Part shown: one piece after another, positions 11,833 to 23,426 of the stretch
Numbering within the stretch: position 1 is the stretch's first letter
How the letters are laid out: every line of letters begins with the position of its first letter
Assembly: GCA_002269645.1 (NCBI GenBank)
Contig: NIVC01000830.1
Location: 1-64,000, forward strand
Length of the DNA stretch: 64,000 bases
Reading direction: 5' to 3'
From: Macrostomum lignano
Taxonomy: Eukaryota
Made by a program: the position numbers and the translations under genes
Notes under the pieces: generated by a model
Told to the model about the DNA's origin: nothing
What the model saw: only the letters and a program-made list of their open reading frames with translations
The model's database searches: none

Positions 11833-13216
11833 ATGGCTGACTTCGATATTGGCAGCATTCCACAGGAGCAGGTGGCCCAGCTGAAGAGCGTCTTCACTTT
11901 GTTTGACAGGTCCGGCTGCGGCAGCATCACCGTTGAGGACTTGGGCCACGCGATGCGGTCGCTGGGGCACAACCCCACCGACTCGGAGCTCAAGGCAAGG
12001 CTTATTCTCACTTACTGACTTATGTGATTCGGTTCTGTCACTCTGGCTCTGTCACTCGGTTTTGTCACTCTGGCTCTGTCACTCAGTTCTGTCACTCTGG
12101 CTCTATCACTCGGTTCTGTCACTCTGGCTCTGTCACTCGGTTTTGTCACTCTGGCTCTGTCACTCGGTTTTGTCACCCTGGCTCTGTCACTCGGTTTTGT
12201 CACTCTGGCTCTGTCAATCGGTTTTGTCACTCTTGCTCTGTCTTTCGGTTTTGTCACTCTGGCTCTGTCACTCGGTTTTGTCACTCTGGCTCTGTCACTC
12301 AGTTCTGTCACTCTGATTCTGTTGCTCGGTTCTGTCACTCTGGCTCTGTCACTCTGACTCTGTCACTCGGTTCTGTCACTCTGGCTCTGTCATTCGGGCT
12401 CCGTCACTCTGGCTCTGTCACTCGGTTCAGCTTATGGTAAAAAAATATACCTGCGATTTCTGAGTCGAGAAGACAACAGAGAATTAAAATGTTGTTTACA
12501 GTTAGTTTTCTTGCTACCAACAGGACATCGTTAACGAAGTTGATCAGGATGGCAACGGGTCAATCGAGTTCGAAGAGTTCGTGCAAATGATTATGATTAA
12601 ACTGCAGCGCCGTACGCCTACCGAGGAGACCAGAGGCGCTTTCAAGGTCAGGCACTGTTTACTGTGGTCACAGCTCACTCTGATCACAGCTCACTCTGAT
12701 CACAGCATCACTCTGATCACAGCATCACTCTGATCACAGCATCACTCTGATCACAGCATCACAGCATCTGATCACAGCATCACTCTGATCACAGCATCAC
12801 TCTGATCACAGCATCACTCTGATCACAGCATCACTCTGATCACAGCATCACTCTGATCACAGCATCACTCTGATCACAGCATCACTCTGATCACAGCATC
12901 ACTCTGATCACAGCATCACTCTGATCACAGCATCACAGCATCTGATCACAGCATCACTCTGATCACAGCATCACTCTGATCACAGCATCACAGCATCTGA
13001 TCCCACATACCCGCGCAGGTGTTCGACAAAGACGGCGATGGCTACATCACCCGCGATGAGCTGGCCACCAGCCTAGCCAGCATGCGCATCGAGGCCACCC
13101 CGGAGGAGCTGGACGACATGTTCAAAGAGGCGGACCTCGATTGCGACGGTCGCATCAGCTACGACGATTTCGTGTTTATGATGGCCAGCGGCAAAAGATA
13201 CGAGGCCAGAAATTGA
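11833..13216 (+). CDS. Calmodulin-like EF-hand protein, 3 exons (11833-11994, 12524-12646, 13019-13216), about 160 aa
   Basis: Joined protein aligns by eye with calmodulin: LGHNPTDSELK|DIVNEVDQDGNGSIEFEEF...AFK|VFDKDGDGYITRDEL...DLDCDGRISYDDF. All junctions are phase 0. Intron 1 is GC-AG. Confidence 0.92.
12028..12425. repeat. 27-bp minisatellite in calmodulin-like intron 1 (TCACTCTGGCTCTGTCACTCGGTTTTG)
   Basis: Direct tandem units. Confidence 0.92.
12667..13000. repeat. 17-bp minisatellite in calmodulin-like intron 2 (TCACTCTGATCACAGCA)
   Basis: Direct tandem units. Confidence 0.93.
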
Positions 13217-13709
13217 TGCAGCGTGCTGTATAAAGCCTTTAACTGGATTCTGAAAAACTTTAGATAGCATTTTCTATCATTTCTACTTACAGTAAGCGAA
13301 TCGTACGCGTCAAATATCGGATATTTAAACAAAAATTTCAGCCAAAGTACAATCATTCCCACTTTGCTAAGACTAAACCTTACTGCAACGAAGTTCAATG
13401 TACACGCCAATCTAATCTTGACTCGCTAAATTTTTATTCGAATGTCTTCTGTGTCACCCAGTCAGTAGTAAAACTACTAAGTCACTTGTGGTCAAGCCGT
13501 GTCTGAGTTTACTTAAGCGCTATCGGTGACCAAAAGACATTCTAGTGGGTGTTCCAGCACTGGCTGCAGAATTAAATGAAAATATTTATTGAAAACTCAA
13601 TCTATATAACTAGATGAAAACTTTGCATTTTAAAATGACATGCAGAATTCGGCAAATATAAAAATATTAGAAATTTTAATATTAGTTCTAAAATGACATC
13701 TAGAAAGCA

Positions 13710-14209
<500 letters not shown>

Positions 14210-17200
14210 TCATTCGGGCGACAGAAACTCGGGCCGGATCTCCGCCTGCTTGAGCACAACAACATCAAAGTGAAAGGCTGCCGGGGCCGCCGGGCCGCTG
14301 TCCGAGTCGTCCGCGTCCTGAGCCGCCGCCGACACCGAGGCCAGCCGGCGGGCCGACAGCTGCTCCAGTTCGTCGCGCAGGGTCTCCGGCAGCGCCTCCC
14401 AGCAGCCCGGCACCGCCTTGGCCGGCCCGATGTTGCCCGCCAGAACTCGAGAGAGGCAGCTGAGCAGGAACGGCGACATCGCATCGGCGTCCTTGACAAC
14501 GTTTCGTTGCCAGGCGGCTTCGAAGTCGCAGACGGCGGACGCGTAGGCAGCAAAGCTGGCCAGCAAGTCGCCGAGGTCGGCGGGCTCGTTGACGCCGGCG
14601 GCGGCGGCAGAGGCTTCGACTTCGGTCCGCAGCGACCGCAGCCAGCCAGCGGCATCGTCAGCTGCAGACGTCGGCAGGCAGCGCAGCGTCTTCCGGAGCC
14701 CCTGCAGCCGCGGCAAATTGTCGGTGAACGTGTCGGTCTGGTGGAGGCGCAACGCCGAGCCGGCCTGCTCAATTGTGACGCCCTCCAGCGCGGCTTTTGC
14801 AGCCTCCAACGACGGTGGCGGCTGCGGCTGGACGCCCGCGGCTTCCAGGAAGCAGACATAGGCGGCTGCCAGCAGAGATGACTGCTGCTGCTGCTTCTGA
14901 GTCGGCGTCTGAGTCTGTCTCTGCTGTTTCCGCGTCGTGTTTGCAGTTGAAGATCTGCAAGAAATAGTGCTCACATTTTTGAAGCTTATAGGAAAACGCT
15001 TGAAAACAAAGAGTGAAGATAGGGAAGACAAAGAGTGCAGAGATTAAGAGGACAAAGAGTGCAGATCGATAAAGAGGACAAAGAGTGCAGATCGATGAGG
15101 AGGGCAAAGAGTGCAGAGATGAGGAGGGCAAATAGTGCAGAGATGAAGAGGACAAAGAGTGCAGAGATGAGGAGGACAAAGAGTGCAGAGATGAAGAGGA
15201 CAAAGAGTGCAGAGATGAAGAGGACAAATAGTGCAGAGATGAGGAGGACAAATAGTGCAGAGATGAGGAGGACAAATAGTGCAGAGATGAGGAGGACAAA
15301 GAGTGCAGAGATGAGGCGGACAAAGAGTGCAGAGATGAGGCGGACAAAGAGTGCAGAGATGAAGAGGACAAAGAGTGCAGAGATGAGGAGGACAAAAAGT
15401 GCAGAGATGAAGAGGACAAAGAGTGCAGAAATAAGAAAGACAAAGACTGCAGATGGGGAGGACAAAAGCACGAAATCAAGGTTACAAAGGCCGCCACTGG
15501 AACTGGCTTTTAACGCCGCACCTTGCAGCTCTTGTCGGCCCCGATCTGGACGAAGAACCCAGAGGCGCGCGTCTTCGGCTTTGGGTGCCGCCAGTCCCGC
15601 CAGCTCCAAGCGACAGCGCCAGCAGGTGCTGGGGTCGCAGTCTGCGGCTCAGCTCAGCTGCCAGACGCTCCGCCCTGGATCGAGATTTGTCAATCGAGGC
15701 GGCCGCGGCGATGCCGTCACCGGAGTCCTGGGCGGTTGGCGACGCGTAGGCGGCACGCAGTTCCGCGAGGCGATCAAGGAGGCCCAAAGCGAACGACTCA
15801 ACAAAAGCTGCGCCGCCACCTCCGCTGCCGCCGCCTCCGTCGGCCCAGAAGAAGAGCAGCGTCTCCACCAGGTCGACCCACAGGCGGCACTCGTGCTGGC
15901 TGAACGTGGCGCTCCAGAAGGCGGGCATCGCGACGGCGACCGGCTGGTCTCCGCGGCTGCCAACAGACGCGGACATCGTCTGGACGATGAGGTTCAACGC
16001 GTTGGCACAGAACAGCGGCTTTGCCCTGGCTAGCAGGGCCACCACTGACTGGCGGAGGTCCGCCGGCATCGCCGGCTGTCGCAGAAGGCGGCCGCAGTTG
16101 ACGATGACTCTCAGATACTCCAGATAGGCCGAGGGCGCCGTGTCCATGGCAGTCATGGTCATCAGCGGGCGCTGGCCCTCCAGCATGCTGGCGATCATCG
16201 CGCGAGTGTCGCGGGCGTCCTGCTCAGCTGCGGAGCCTGTGTAGAGAGCCGTTAGTCAGATAGTAATGCACTACTTAAAGTAACATCTAAGAAAACCAAC
16301 TTAAACTCGCAATCTATTTTTAGAATATCGATTTTTAGAATGAGTCATGTGCAAATAAAAGTGACTCAGAACCCTACGTAGAACCAACGTTTATTTGATC
16401 AAGGAACCGGTTCTCGGGAGTTGTATTTGCTTAATTCCATATATGATAATTATCAAACATTCATGGCCTCTTAATCAAACATGTGTGACCGAAGTAAATA
16501 ACCGATTTTAAACCAGTTTTCACCAAAATTTTACTTTAAATATAAGCGAAAATCCAAGTCAAAAATTCAGACTTGGAGCGGTCTCAAAGATGACTCTGAA
16601 GAAGAAGAGAAGGAGACCAATCTCGGAGAGACTACACTTGTCCAATTGGTAAGCGTTTACCAGATTTAGTTCTTTACTATAGCACTAATAAGCTGATTAA
16701 TTGAGTTTAGGAAAGCCACTTATTGTCGACACATTTGAAAAAGGCCTCCTTATTTCCTAGGATATATTACTAGAGGATTTATTGATTTGATTTGAGTTAT
16801 CCATTTCGTTTCGGACGTAACGAAGAAGACGCCCTTCAGGAGGAATAATTACAGAATTTGAAGAATTTAATTGTTCATTAGGGCGCACGTTCTATTCCTA
16901 ATTCCGAGCTCGAGGACCGTCAAGAATTCTGATTCGCTCTGGTTTTGTTCGACCCACAGATAAAGCTAAGGACACCGAGTATATACCAAGGCGCTTGTTC
17001 CCCAGTGTCTAGAAGTGGGAGTTTTCGAGTGACTCATCACCACTCATAAACTCTTCACCTGGCGGCGGCGGCGGAGGCGGAGGCGGCTGCTCCGGCGGCT
17101 GCTCATCCGGCTGCAGCTGAACCGCGGCGGCCAGGTCGTCAAAGTCGAACACCTCGTCCTCAAGCAGCACCAGCTGCTGCTCCTGAAGCAGATCTGGGTC

Positions 17201-17275
17201 TGGCATGGCCTGACCTGTCTGAGCTGCGAGCGCCACCCCCGCCACAATCAGATGCCAGAGATGCGAAGCTTTCAA
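14210..17275 (-). CDS. Uncharacterised predicted secreted protein, 3 exons (17275-17059, 16236-15522, 14954-14210), about 558 aa
   Basis: Signal-peptide-like [23 protein letters not shown]. Donor CAG|GTGAAG (phase 1) matches acceptor CTGACTAAC...TACACAG|GC. Donor AAG|GTGCGG (phase 2) matches TTCTTGCAG|A. All three exons are GC-rich and open in one joined frame. Confidence 0.65.
15005..15460. repeat. 24-bp minisatellite (GAGGAGGACAAAGAGTGCAGAGAT), intronic
   Basis: Direct tandem units. Confidence 0.93.
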
Positions 17276-17849
17276 ATCGTTCGAGCCTCGGGGGGCACGC
17301 CGAGGAGGGCTGGCTGTTTATCAAATTTTGCTTTGCTCGTTGGTTTATAAATTCATTTTTCGCTCTCCGAGACTGCTGGTTGTTTCGCCATTCTTTTAAC
17401 TCTGACCCAAGCCAGATAGGCAGGTAGAGAGGACAGAAGAGAGAGATAGGCAGAGATACAGCTAAAAGCAAGACATGAAAGACCGACCCCAGAGCAAAGA
17501 AAGGCAGTTAGTTGTCAAGCTCAGCAGAATGTTCGGACAATCCAGCTGAGTGTGCGGCTGTCTGTCTGTCTGAAATCTCCGTCTGCTCTGCGCCATTGCT
17601 TGATGTGTGTCTAATTAGCTAGATTTTGAGTATTGAGTTTAGAGACTCTTAAAGTTCCCAGTTCCATACCCCGAGAGACGATTGCAAGAGTTGTTTGCTA
17701 AGCCGACAATAGCAGACAAATGATGCATGTATTAGCAGAGCTATTTGTGTTGCTCTGCACTGCCAAGTTGAGCACATACTACTGAAGTGCGTGTATGTAA
17801 CGATTTTTTTTATTTTTGTTTTTTCAAGAAACATGCGCAACACTTGTTT

Positions 17850-18057
17850 ACTATAACAATAATAATTTATTACACCTTCCCTAATAGCCAGATTACCCCA
17901 GCTCATGCTGGCACCCATTTTTACAGCTGGGCGAACTGAAGCAATGCAGAGTTAAGTTTCTTGCTCAAGGACACAAATTGTTCCAGTGGGATCGGGAATC
18001 GAACCCCCGACCTTCAAGTCGTGAGTCCGACGCTCTAACCACTAGGCTACAACTCCC
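17850..18057 (-). mobile_element. tRNA-derived SINE with CORE-like body
   Basis: Minus strand: A box TAGCCTAGTGGTT, B box GGTTCGATTCCC, then TGTGTCCTTGAGCAAGAAACTTAAC...CAGCTGTAAAAATGGG (MIR/CORE-like), and an AT-rich tail. Confidence 0.8.
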
Positions 18058-18372
18058 TCTTATTACTATGCAATACGGGACACATTCAGACATTGGAATG
18101 ACATATGAAGGGTGTCCTGAAAGTTCTGACGCTTTTAAACACAGAGAAAAAGTACCAGGTAGATACAGACATGTGGCATGACATCGGAATTGAAATACAG
18201 GCCGCACTGCGACAAAGGAGTACAGATACAGAAATTCGATGGAGTATTGAAATTGCAACACACCAACAAAGTGAGACATTGAAGCTGCAAACACAATGTG
18301 CAAATGTTAAAATGTTTTTTTACTTCTGGATAGCAACACACTCAAAAAAGGCTTCCGTATTCATAAAATTGC

Positions 18373-18730
18373 GGTACGTCTCTCTAGTGATTGAGTGATC
18401 AAGTGATCGATTGATCAAATGATTGAGTGATCGAGTGATTGAGTGATATTGTGATCGAGTGATTGAGTGATTGAGTGATTGAGTGATTGAGTGATAGTGC
18501 GATCGAGTGATCGATTGATTGAGTGATCGAGTGATTGAGTGATTGAGTGATCGAGTGATCGAGTGATCGAGTGATCGAGTGATTGAGTGATCGAGTGATT
18601 GAGTGATTGAGTGATCGAGTGATCGATTGATTGAGTGATCGAGTGATTGAGTGATTGAGTGATCGAGTGATCGAGTGATCGAGTGATCGAGTGATTGAGT
18701 GATCGAGTGATTGAGTGATTAAGTGATCGC
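18373..18730. repeat. 8-bp microsatellite (GAGTGATC/GAGTGATT)
   Basis: Direct tandem units. Confidence 0.95.
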
Positions 18731-19016
18731 TTGATCACATGCTCAAGGGTCAGCGGAATGGGCCTGACTGCTTGCCTCCTGGCTGGTCGCGGATCCACAC
18801 TTGCCTTATACGAGCGTACGAGCAATATTATTATATCTAATATATGTAATGTGTTTTACTTTTACACACTGTTACAGTGTCACAGTCTATTAATCACAGA
18901 GACAGTCGCCGTGCAAAAGGCTATTGATAGTGCATAAAAAGTACACAAAGCACTAACTAGTTTTAGTACCAGCTGCAATATAGTCAGTTGCAAGCGGGCG
19001 AACCGAACTGCACCGG

Positions 19017-20196
19017 TCAGCCGCACACGCCGAGACGCAGCCGAAACCTCAGTGTAGACCGGACCTCTGGGACCATGTACACCGGGCGCCTGTAAGGATC
19101 GAGTCCTCCAACGGCGCCGCCACTGACCTGATCCACCGGCGCGGCGCAGATCCGTCGCCTAGCCTCCATCAGAGCGTCCTCGACGTCGACCTCAGCCGTC
19201 GGATCGTCGCTACCGAGCCAATTGTCGATGACGTCGCACAGAGTCTGCACGAAGATGCTCCCGGAGACGCTGCACCTGTAGGCAGGTCGGCTCTCGCAGC
19301 AGGCGAACCCGAATAGGTAGTCAGCGCCCTCCGGCGACACTGCCAGCGGAGTTGCCCGCGGCTGCTCAGCCGCTGCTGGACCGTCGAGCTCCGGCGGCAG
19401 AGCGTAAGAGCAGGTGGCCGCCGCGACCACCTTGGAGCCGCGGCAAGCCTGAACGAAGAAGGCCTTCGGTTTGCCCGCCAACTCCGGGCAGCGGACGACG
19501 TCGAATGCGGCGGCGATGTCGTTAAGAGACACGCTGACGCCATCCACTCCGTAGACATTTCCGCCGGAGTCGCCGTGAGCCAGCAAGAAGCAGACGAAAG
19601 CGTCGGCGTTGCGGTGCCGGTGAGCCTTCTTTGCGGCCTTCGCGGCGGCTTCCAGCAATTGCCGGCCGGTGAGGTCGGTTCTCACCTCCACTATGAAGCC
19701 GAGACGCTGTTCGAAGAGCTGCTCGATTCTCTCCGCGTCCTGTTGGGTGCCGTGCCGCGGCTGAAGCTTGACGTAGTTCTCGTTGCTCAGGACCAAGCAG
19801 AGACCGCGCGGCTTCTCCGATATCGAATAGGCGGCCAGCTTCGGCAGCTGCGGTTCTGACGGCGGCAGCAGCGAAGGGTCGGTGAATCGGCGGGACGAGC
19901 TGACACCGGGCGGCTGCTGGAGGACTGCTGCTGGCTGGGATTGAGTCAGATCGATGGCCGGAGCATTCCAGCCAGATGAAGCGCTGGGAATGCTTGACTG
20001 TTGATGCAGATGCCTGGGCAGCTGGCTGGCTGCTGTCTGTTGCTGATGCAGATGCCTGGGCAGCTGGCTCTGGTTGGCAGCAACCAGCAGTTGCTGCGGA
20101 GGAGACTCGGACTCTGAGCGAAATCGGGTCAGCTGCTGCGACTCCTTCGGCTGGTGCGGCAGTTGATCGGGCGCGGTGGAGCACACAACGTCAGGC
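19017..20196 (-). CDS. Caspase (peptidase C14) exon with Q/P/S-rich N-terminal linker
   Basis: RGLCLVLSN, RHGTQQDAE, AFVCFLLAHG, PELAGKPKAFFVQACRG, ADYLFGFA, AYR..SGSIFVQTLC. The ORF has no ATG and begins at an acceptor TTTCCTTCTGTCAG|G (20196). Confidence 0.95.
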
Positions 20197-20340
20197 CTGA
20201 CAGAAGGAAAATCGTTGGGGGGTATTTAAGCATAGTTATCCTTGACTTATGTTAGTATGCATTTCCTAGCAAGCATGTCACGGTGGTCATGGTGAGAATG
20301 TGCTTACACCCTGCAAGCAATTAAATTCCCAACAACATAC

Positions 20341-21038
20341 AGCAACGTTTTTACTCCGCTCGGCAGCCACCGCTCAGTCTCGTCCATGCGGAGCTGCTCC
20401 GCCAATCGTCCATGCCCAACGGCCTCAGCAACGTCGGCTGCGGTCCGCTGGCGCCAGTCCACGGCACCAGGCTCGGCGCCAGCGTCAATGAGGCACCGGG
20501 CTAGAGCTTCATCGCCTGAGCAGGCGGCCCAGTGCAGTGGCCGGCGCTGGTAGCGGCTACAGGCGGCGTTCGGGTCGGCGCCAGCCTCCAGCAGCAGGCG
20601 GGCCAGCTCTGGCCGCTGGTGCTGGCAGCAGTCGGCCAGCGGAGTGGCGCCGTCTTCGTCACGACAGTTGATCAGCCTGGCGCCGACGGTGCTCCGCGAC
20701 AGCAGCTCCCTCACCACGTCGGCGTGTCCCCGCCTGACGGCCCAGTGCAGAGCGGAGGCGCCGGTCCAGCACTGGCAGTCCGAGCTCGCATTGACTCTGC
20801 TCGAGTCACTGACCACAACGCTGCCAGCCTCGCAGACGGTGGCGCCGGCGCTCAGCAGAAGTCGAACGGCCGGCAGGTGACCCCAGGCGGCCGCCGCGGC
20901 AAGCAGCGACGCCAGAAGCTGCTGCCTGCTTGGGTCATTGGCTCCTAGCGGATGCGGCTGCTGCTGCTGTTGAAGTCCAGCCTGCAGCTGCTGGCAGTCG
21001 CCGCACCGAGCTGCCAAACGCAGTGCTGGCAAATTCAT
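20341..21038 (-). CDS. Ankyrin-repeat exon (about 4-5 ANK repeats), probably exon 1 of the caspase gene
   Basis: AAAWGHLPAVRLLLSAGA; GASALHWAVRRGHADVVRELL; GATPLADCC..QRPELARLLLEAGADPN; PLHWAACSGDEALARCLIDAGA. Phase-2 donors GTATGT (20340) and GTAAGC (20307). Confidence 0.9.
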
Positions 21039-21852
21039 AGCAGACTCGTCTGTGTAAGAGTAGCTCAGTTTTAATTTGTGGTAGAATCAGTCCCTTCGTG
21101 CTCTTGTCTAGATGCTTAAGAAAAGCCTTTGGTATGTGCCTGATATCGTCTATTATTGCAATAAAGCTGAACTACTTGCTTGCTTAATCCGCAGTTAGCG
21201 AGTGTAAATAGGGGGAAGGCTTGTCCATGTGTGCGCTGAGTGTCGTAAACAGCAGGCTATATATGGCCAAGTCTTCTGAGTGCTGCAAACCTGTGTGCAC
21301 ATGTAGGCATGTACGCTGCAGTGTACGCCAGTGCGGTTCAGACTGCACTAGCTATGTCAACCCCCTCCATAATAACTACCTTGTATCTTCTGTTCTACCC
21401 TGCAAAACTGAATATACTGGGCAACTCCAGAATTGTTTTTTTACAACATCCGGGTATTAATATCTTAGAATTTCTATACAGCAAGCAGCTGAGTCATTCT
21501 TGTACTATATTTGGTCACGTGACTTCAGTTTAGCTGAAAATTTTTTGCCGCAACGTGCAGAAAAAACAGCTGGAGTGACTCACAGATACTAGAATAACTA
21601 GGATGTGTCACTCACAAAAAACGCGTTTCTCTACTCTTTTTTCAGTAGCAAAATTAGCGTTTTTGCCTTTATAAAAGTAAAATTACAATTTATCTACTTT
21701 TAAGCGAAATTTTAAGCTTTTAAAGCTGCAAAATTTGTCTGTGCCTAATTCTACAAGCAGGCTAATTAAATAAGGCATGTCTGCTGAGTTTTGATCCAAG
21801 GGGGGGGAGTTTTACCGGTTCAAAAATAAACGAATTTAAGACTTAAGACTGA

Positions 21853-22033
21853 CAGTAGCGGATCCAGAAAATTTTGAACGGGGGAGGGGCGCAGACTACT
21901 AAGGTACATATATATTCATATCATGTACAAGTATATGTATATGATAATGTGTATTTTCCATATAAAAATCAAAAAAATTAAGCTTAACGGAGGGGCGCGC
22001 GCCCTGTGCGCCCCACCTCTAAATCCGCTACTG
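21853..22033. mobile_element. MITE with 11-bp perfect TIR (CAGTAGCGGAT...ATCCGCTACTG)
   Basis: TIRs extend imperfectly to about 16 bp, with G-rich/C-rich subterminal tracts and an AT-rich core. Confidence 0.8.
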
Positions 22034-23426
22034 AGACTGTAGAAAACTATAAAAATGTAAAATTCCCAAATTCAGTGCTTGGCATAGAGAGCAAGTGAGA
22101 ATTAGTGCTGTCGCCCAGGCATCTCTCTACTGCTCTCTCATTGGCTGAGCTAGATTGGGCCTGCCCCCCCCCCCCCCCCCTAGGCTGAGTTTCGTCCGTC
22201 TTGCGTTCATTTGTGTACATTGAGTTAACAAATGCTTGTTCATTCTTAACCCCATATGCTCTTGAGGCTGCAAGCCCTGAGGAAGGAAAGGAATTTTAAC
22301 TTCTACATCAAATTTAAATTACATTAGCGCAGACAACTACTTTTTCACAATTTTAATTCCGAGTGACATATCTGTTATTCTAGTATCTGTGGAGTGACTC
22401 ATTTCCAGCGAGCACTCATTCTCTCCTATTCTCAATGACAAACGCAAACGGCCCTGTGTCTCGACTTCTCGACTTCCCAAGAGCAAATTGAAACGTTCGA
22501 GGTTGCTGCATGGTCTGTGATAACAAGTTTTCAATTTTACTCCGACTAAAGTTTAGTAATTAAATATTTTTTCGAATGATTAATTAAGAGGCTCTTTCAT
22601 TAAAACTGCTCTAAAATGTAACGGTTTCTACCAAAATATCTCGTTATAGTACCACGGATGCATGCATCAATTTTTGGAAATAACGAAAGTCGTTGATTTT
22701 GATGTTTAAAAAGTCATCTGGAGTTATTTTAACACGTGGTTTGAACTGCCTGCTTCAATCATAATAAAATATGTATGTAATTTATAAAACTATTTATTTC
22801 TCCCCAGGTTTCATGGGTCAGTTAGGCCGGAAACTAGCTGTATGATGTGTATGAGTGTATCATATTGAGTGGGACAGCTGTGTGTACTCGTAGGGGCGAA
22901 GCAAAATAAAGTTTGAGATGTTTTTCGTTGGATGGCCGCGCATATTTTTGTCAAGGACTTCTAGTCTAGAAGTCCTTGATTTTTGTCTGCCTGCCGAGGT
23001 ATGACGTGAATGAACTAAAACTTTTTTCTTGTCAAATGCGTTTTATGATTTATGATTTACTTCTTATTCAATCTGAGACAAGGAAAGGAATTACCTGAGG
23101 CCAACATATTTTTTCCAGGAATCGGTGGCGTCAGCGCTTTTTCCCTCAGGAGTCAAACAATCGCATTGAATTAAATTTCCTGAAGGGTTGGAATTGTGTC
23201 ATTATTTGCACTTATAAAGAGCAATAAAGCTGCGTATTTATTATTTATTTTTCAGCTTACGTCGGCGCCCAAAATGTTTCAAATTAGAGTAAAATAAAAA
23301 AGCGCTCTATTTTAACCAAATAGCGTATTTATTGATTAAAATGATTGATTGAAAATTCGGGGTTAGGTTCGAGGTAGAAGTACCCGGTTCGGGGTTAATC
23401 CCCGAACCCCGAACCAAGGGAGGGCT

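Noticed and set aside
16571-16648. Plus-strand exon-like segment (TTCAG|ACTTGG...TTG|GTAAGC, acidic peptide)
   Set aside because: It is isolated, antisense within an intron, and no partner exons were found.
17985-18057. Candidate tRNA gene
   Set aside because: There is no clean acceptor stem and it runs straight into a CORE-like body, so it is better explained as a SINE head.
18103-18345. Possible mariner-like TIR (TATGAAGGGTGTCCTGAAAGT)
   Set aside because: The opposite end matches only partially, and no TA TSD or transposase is evident.
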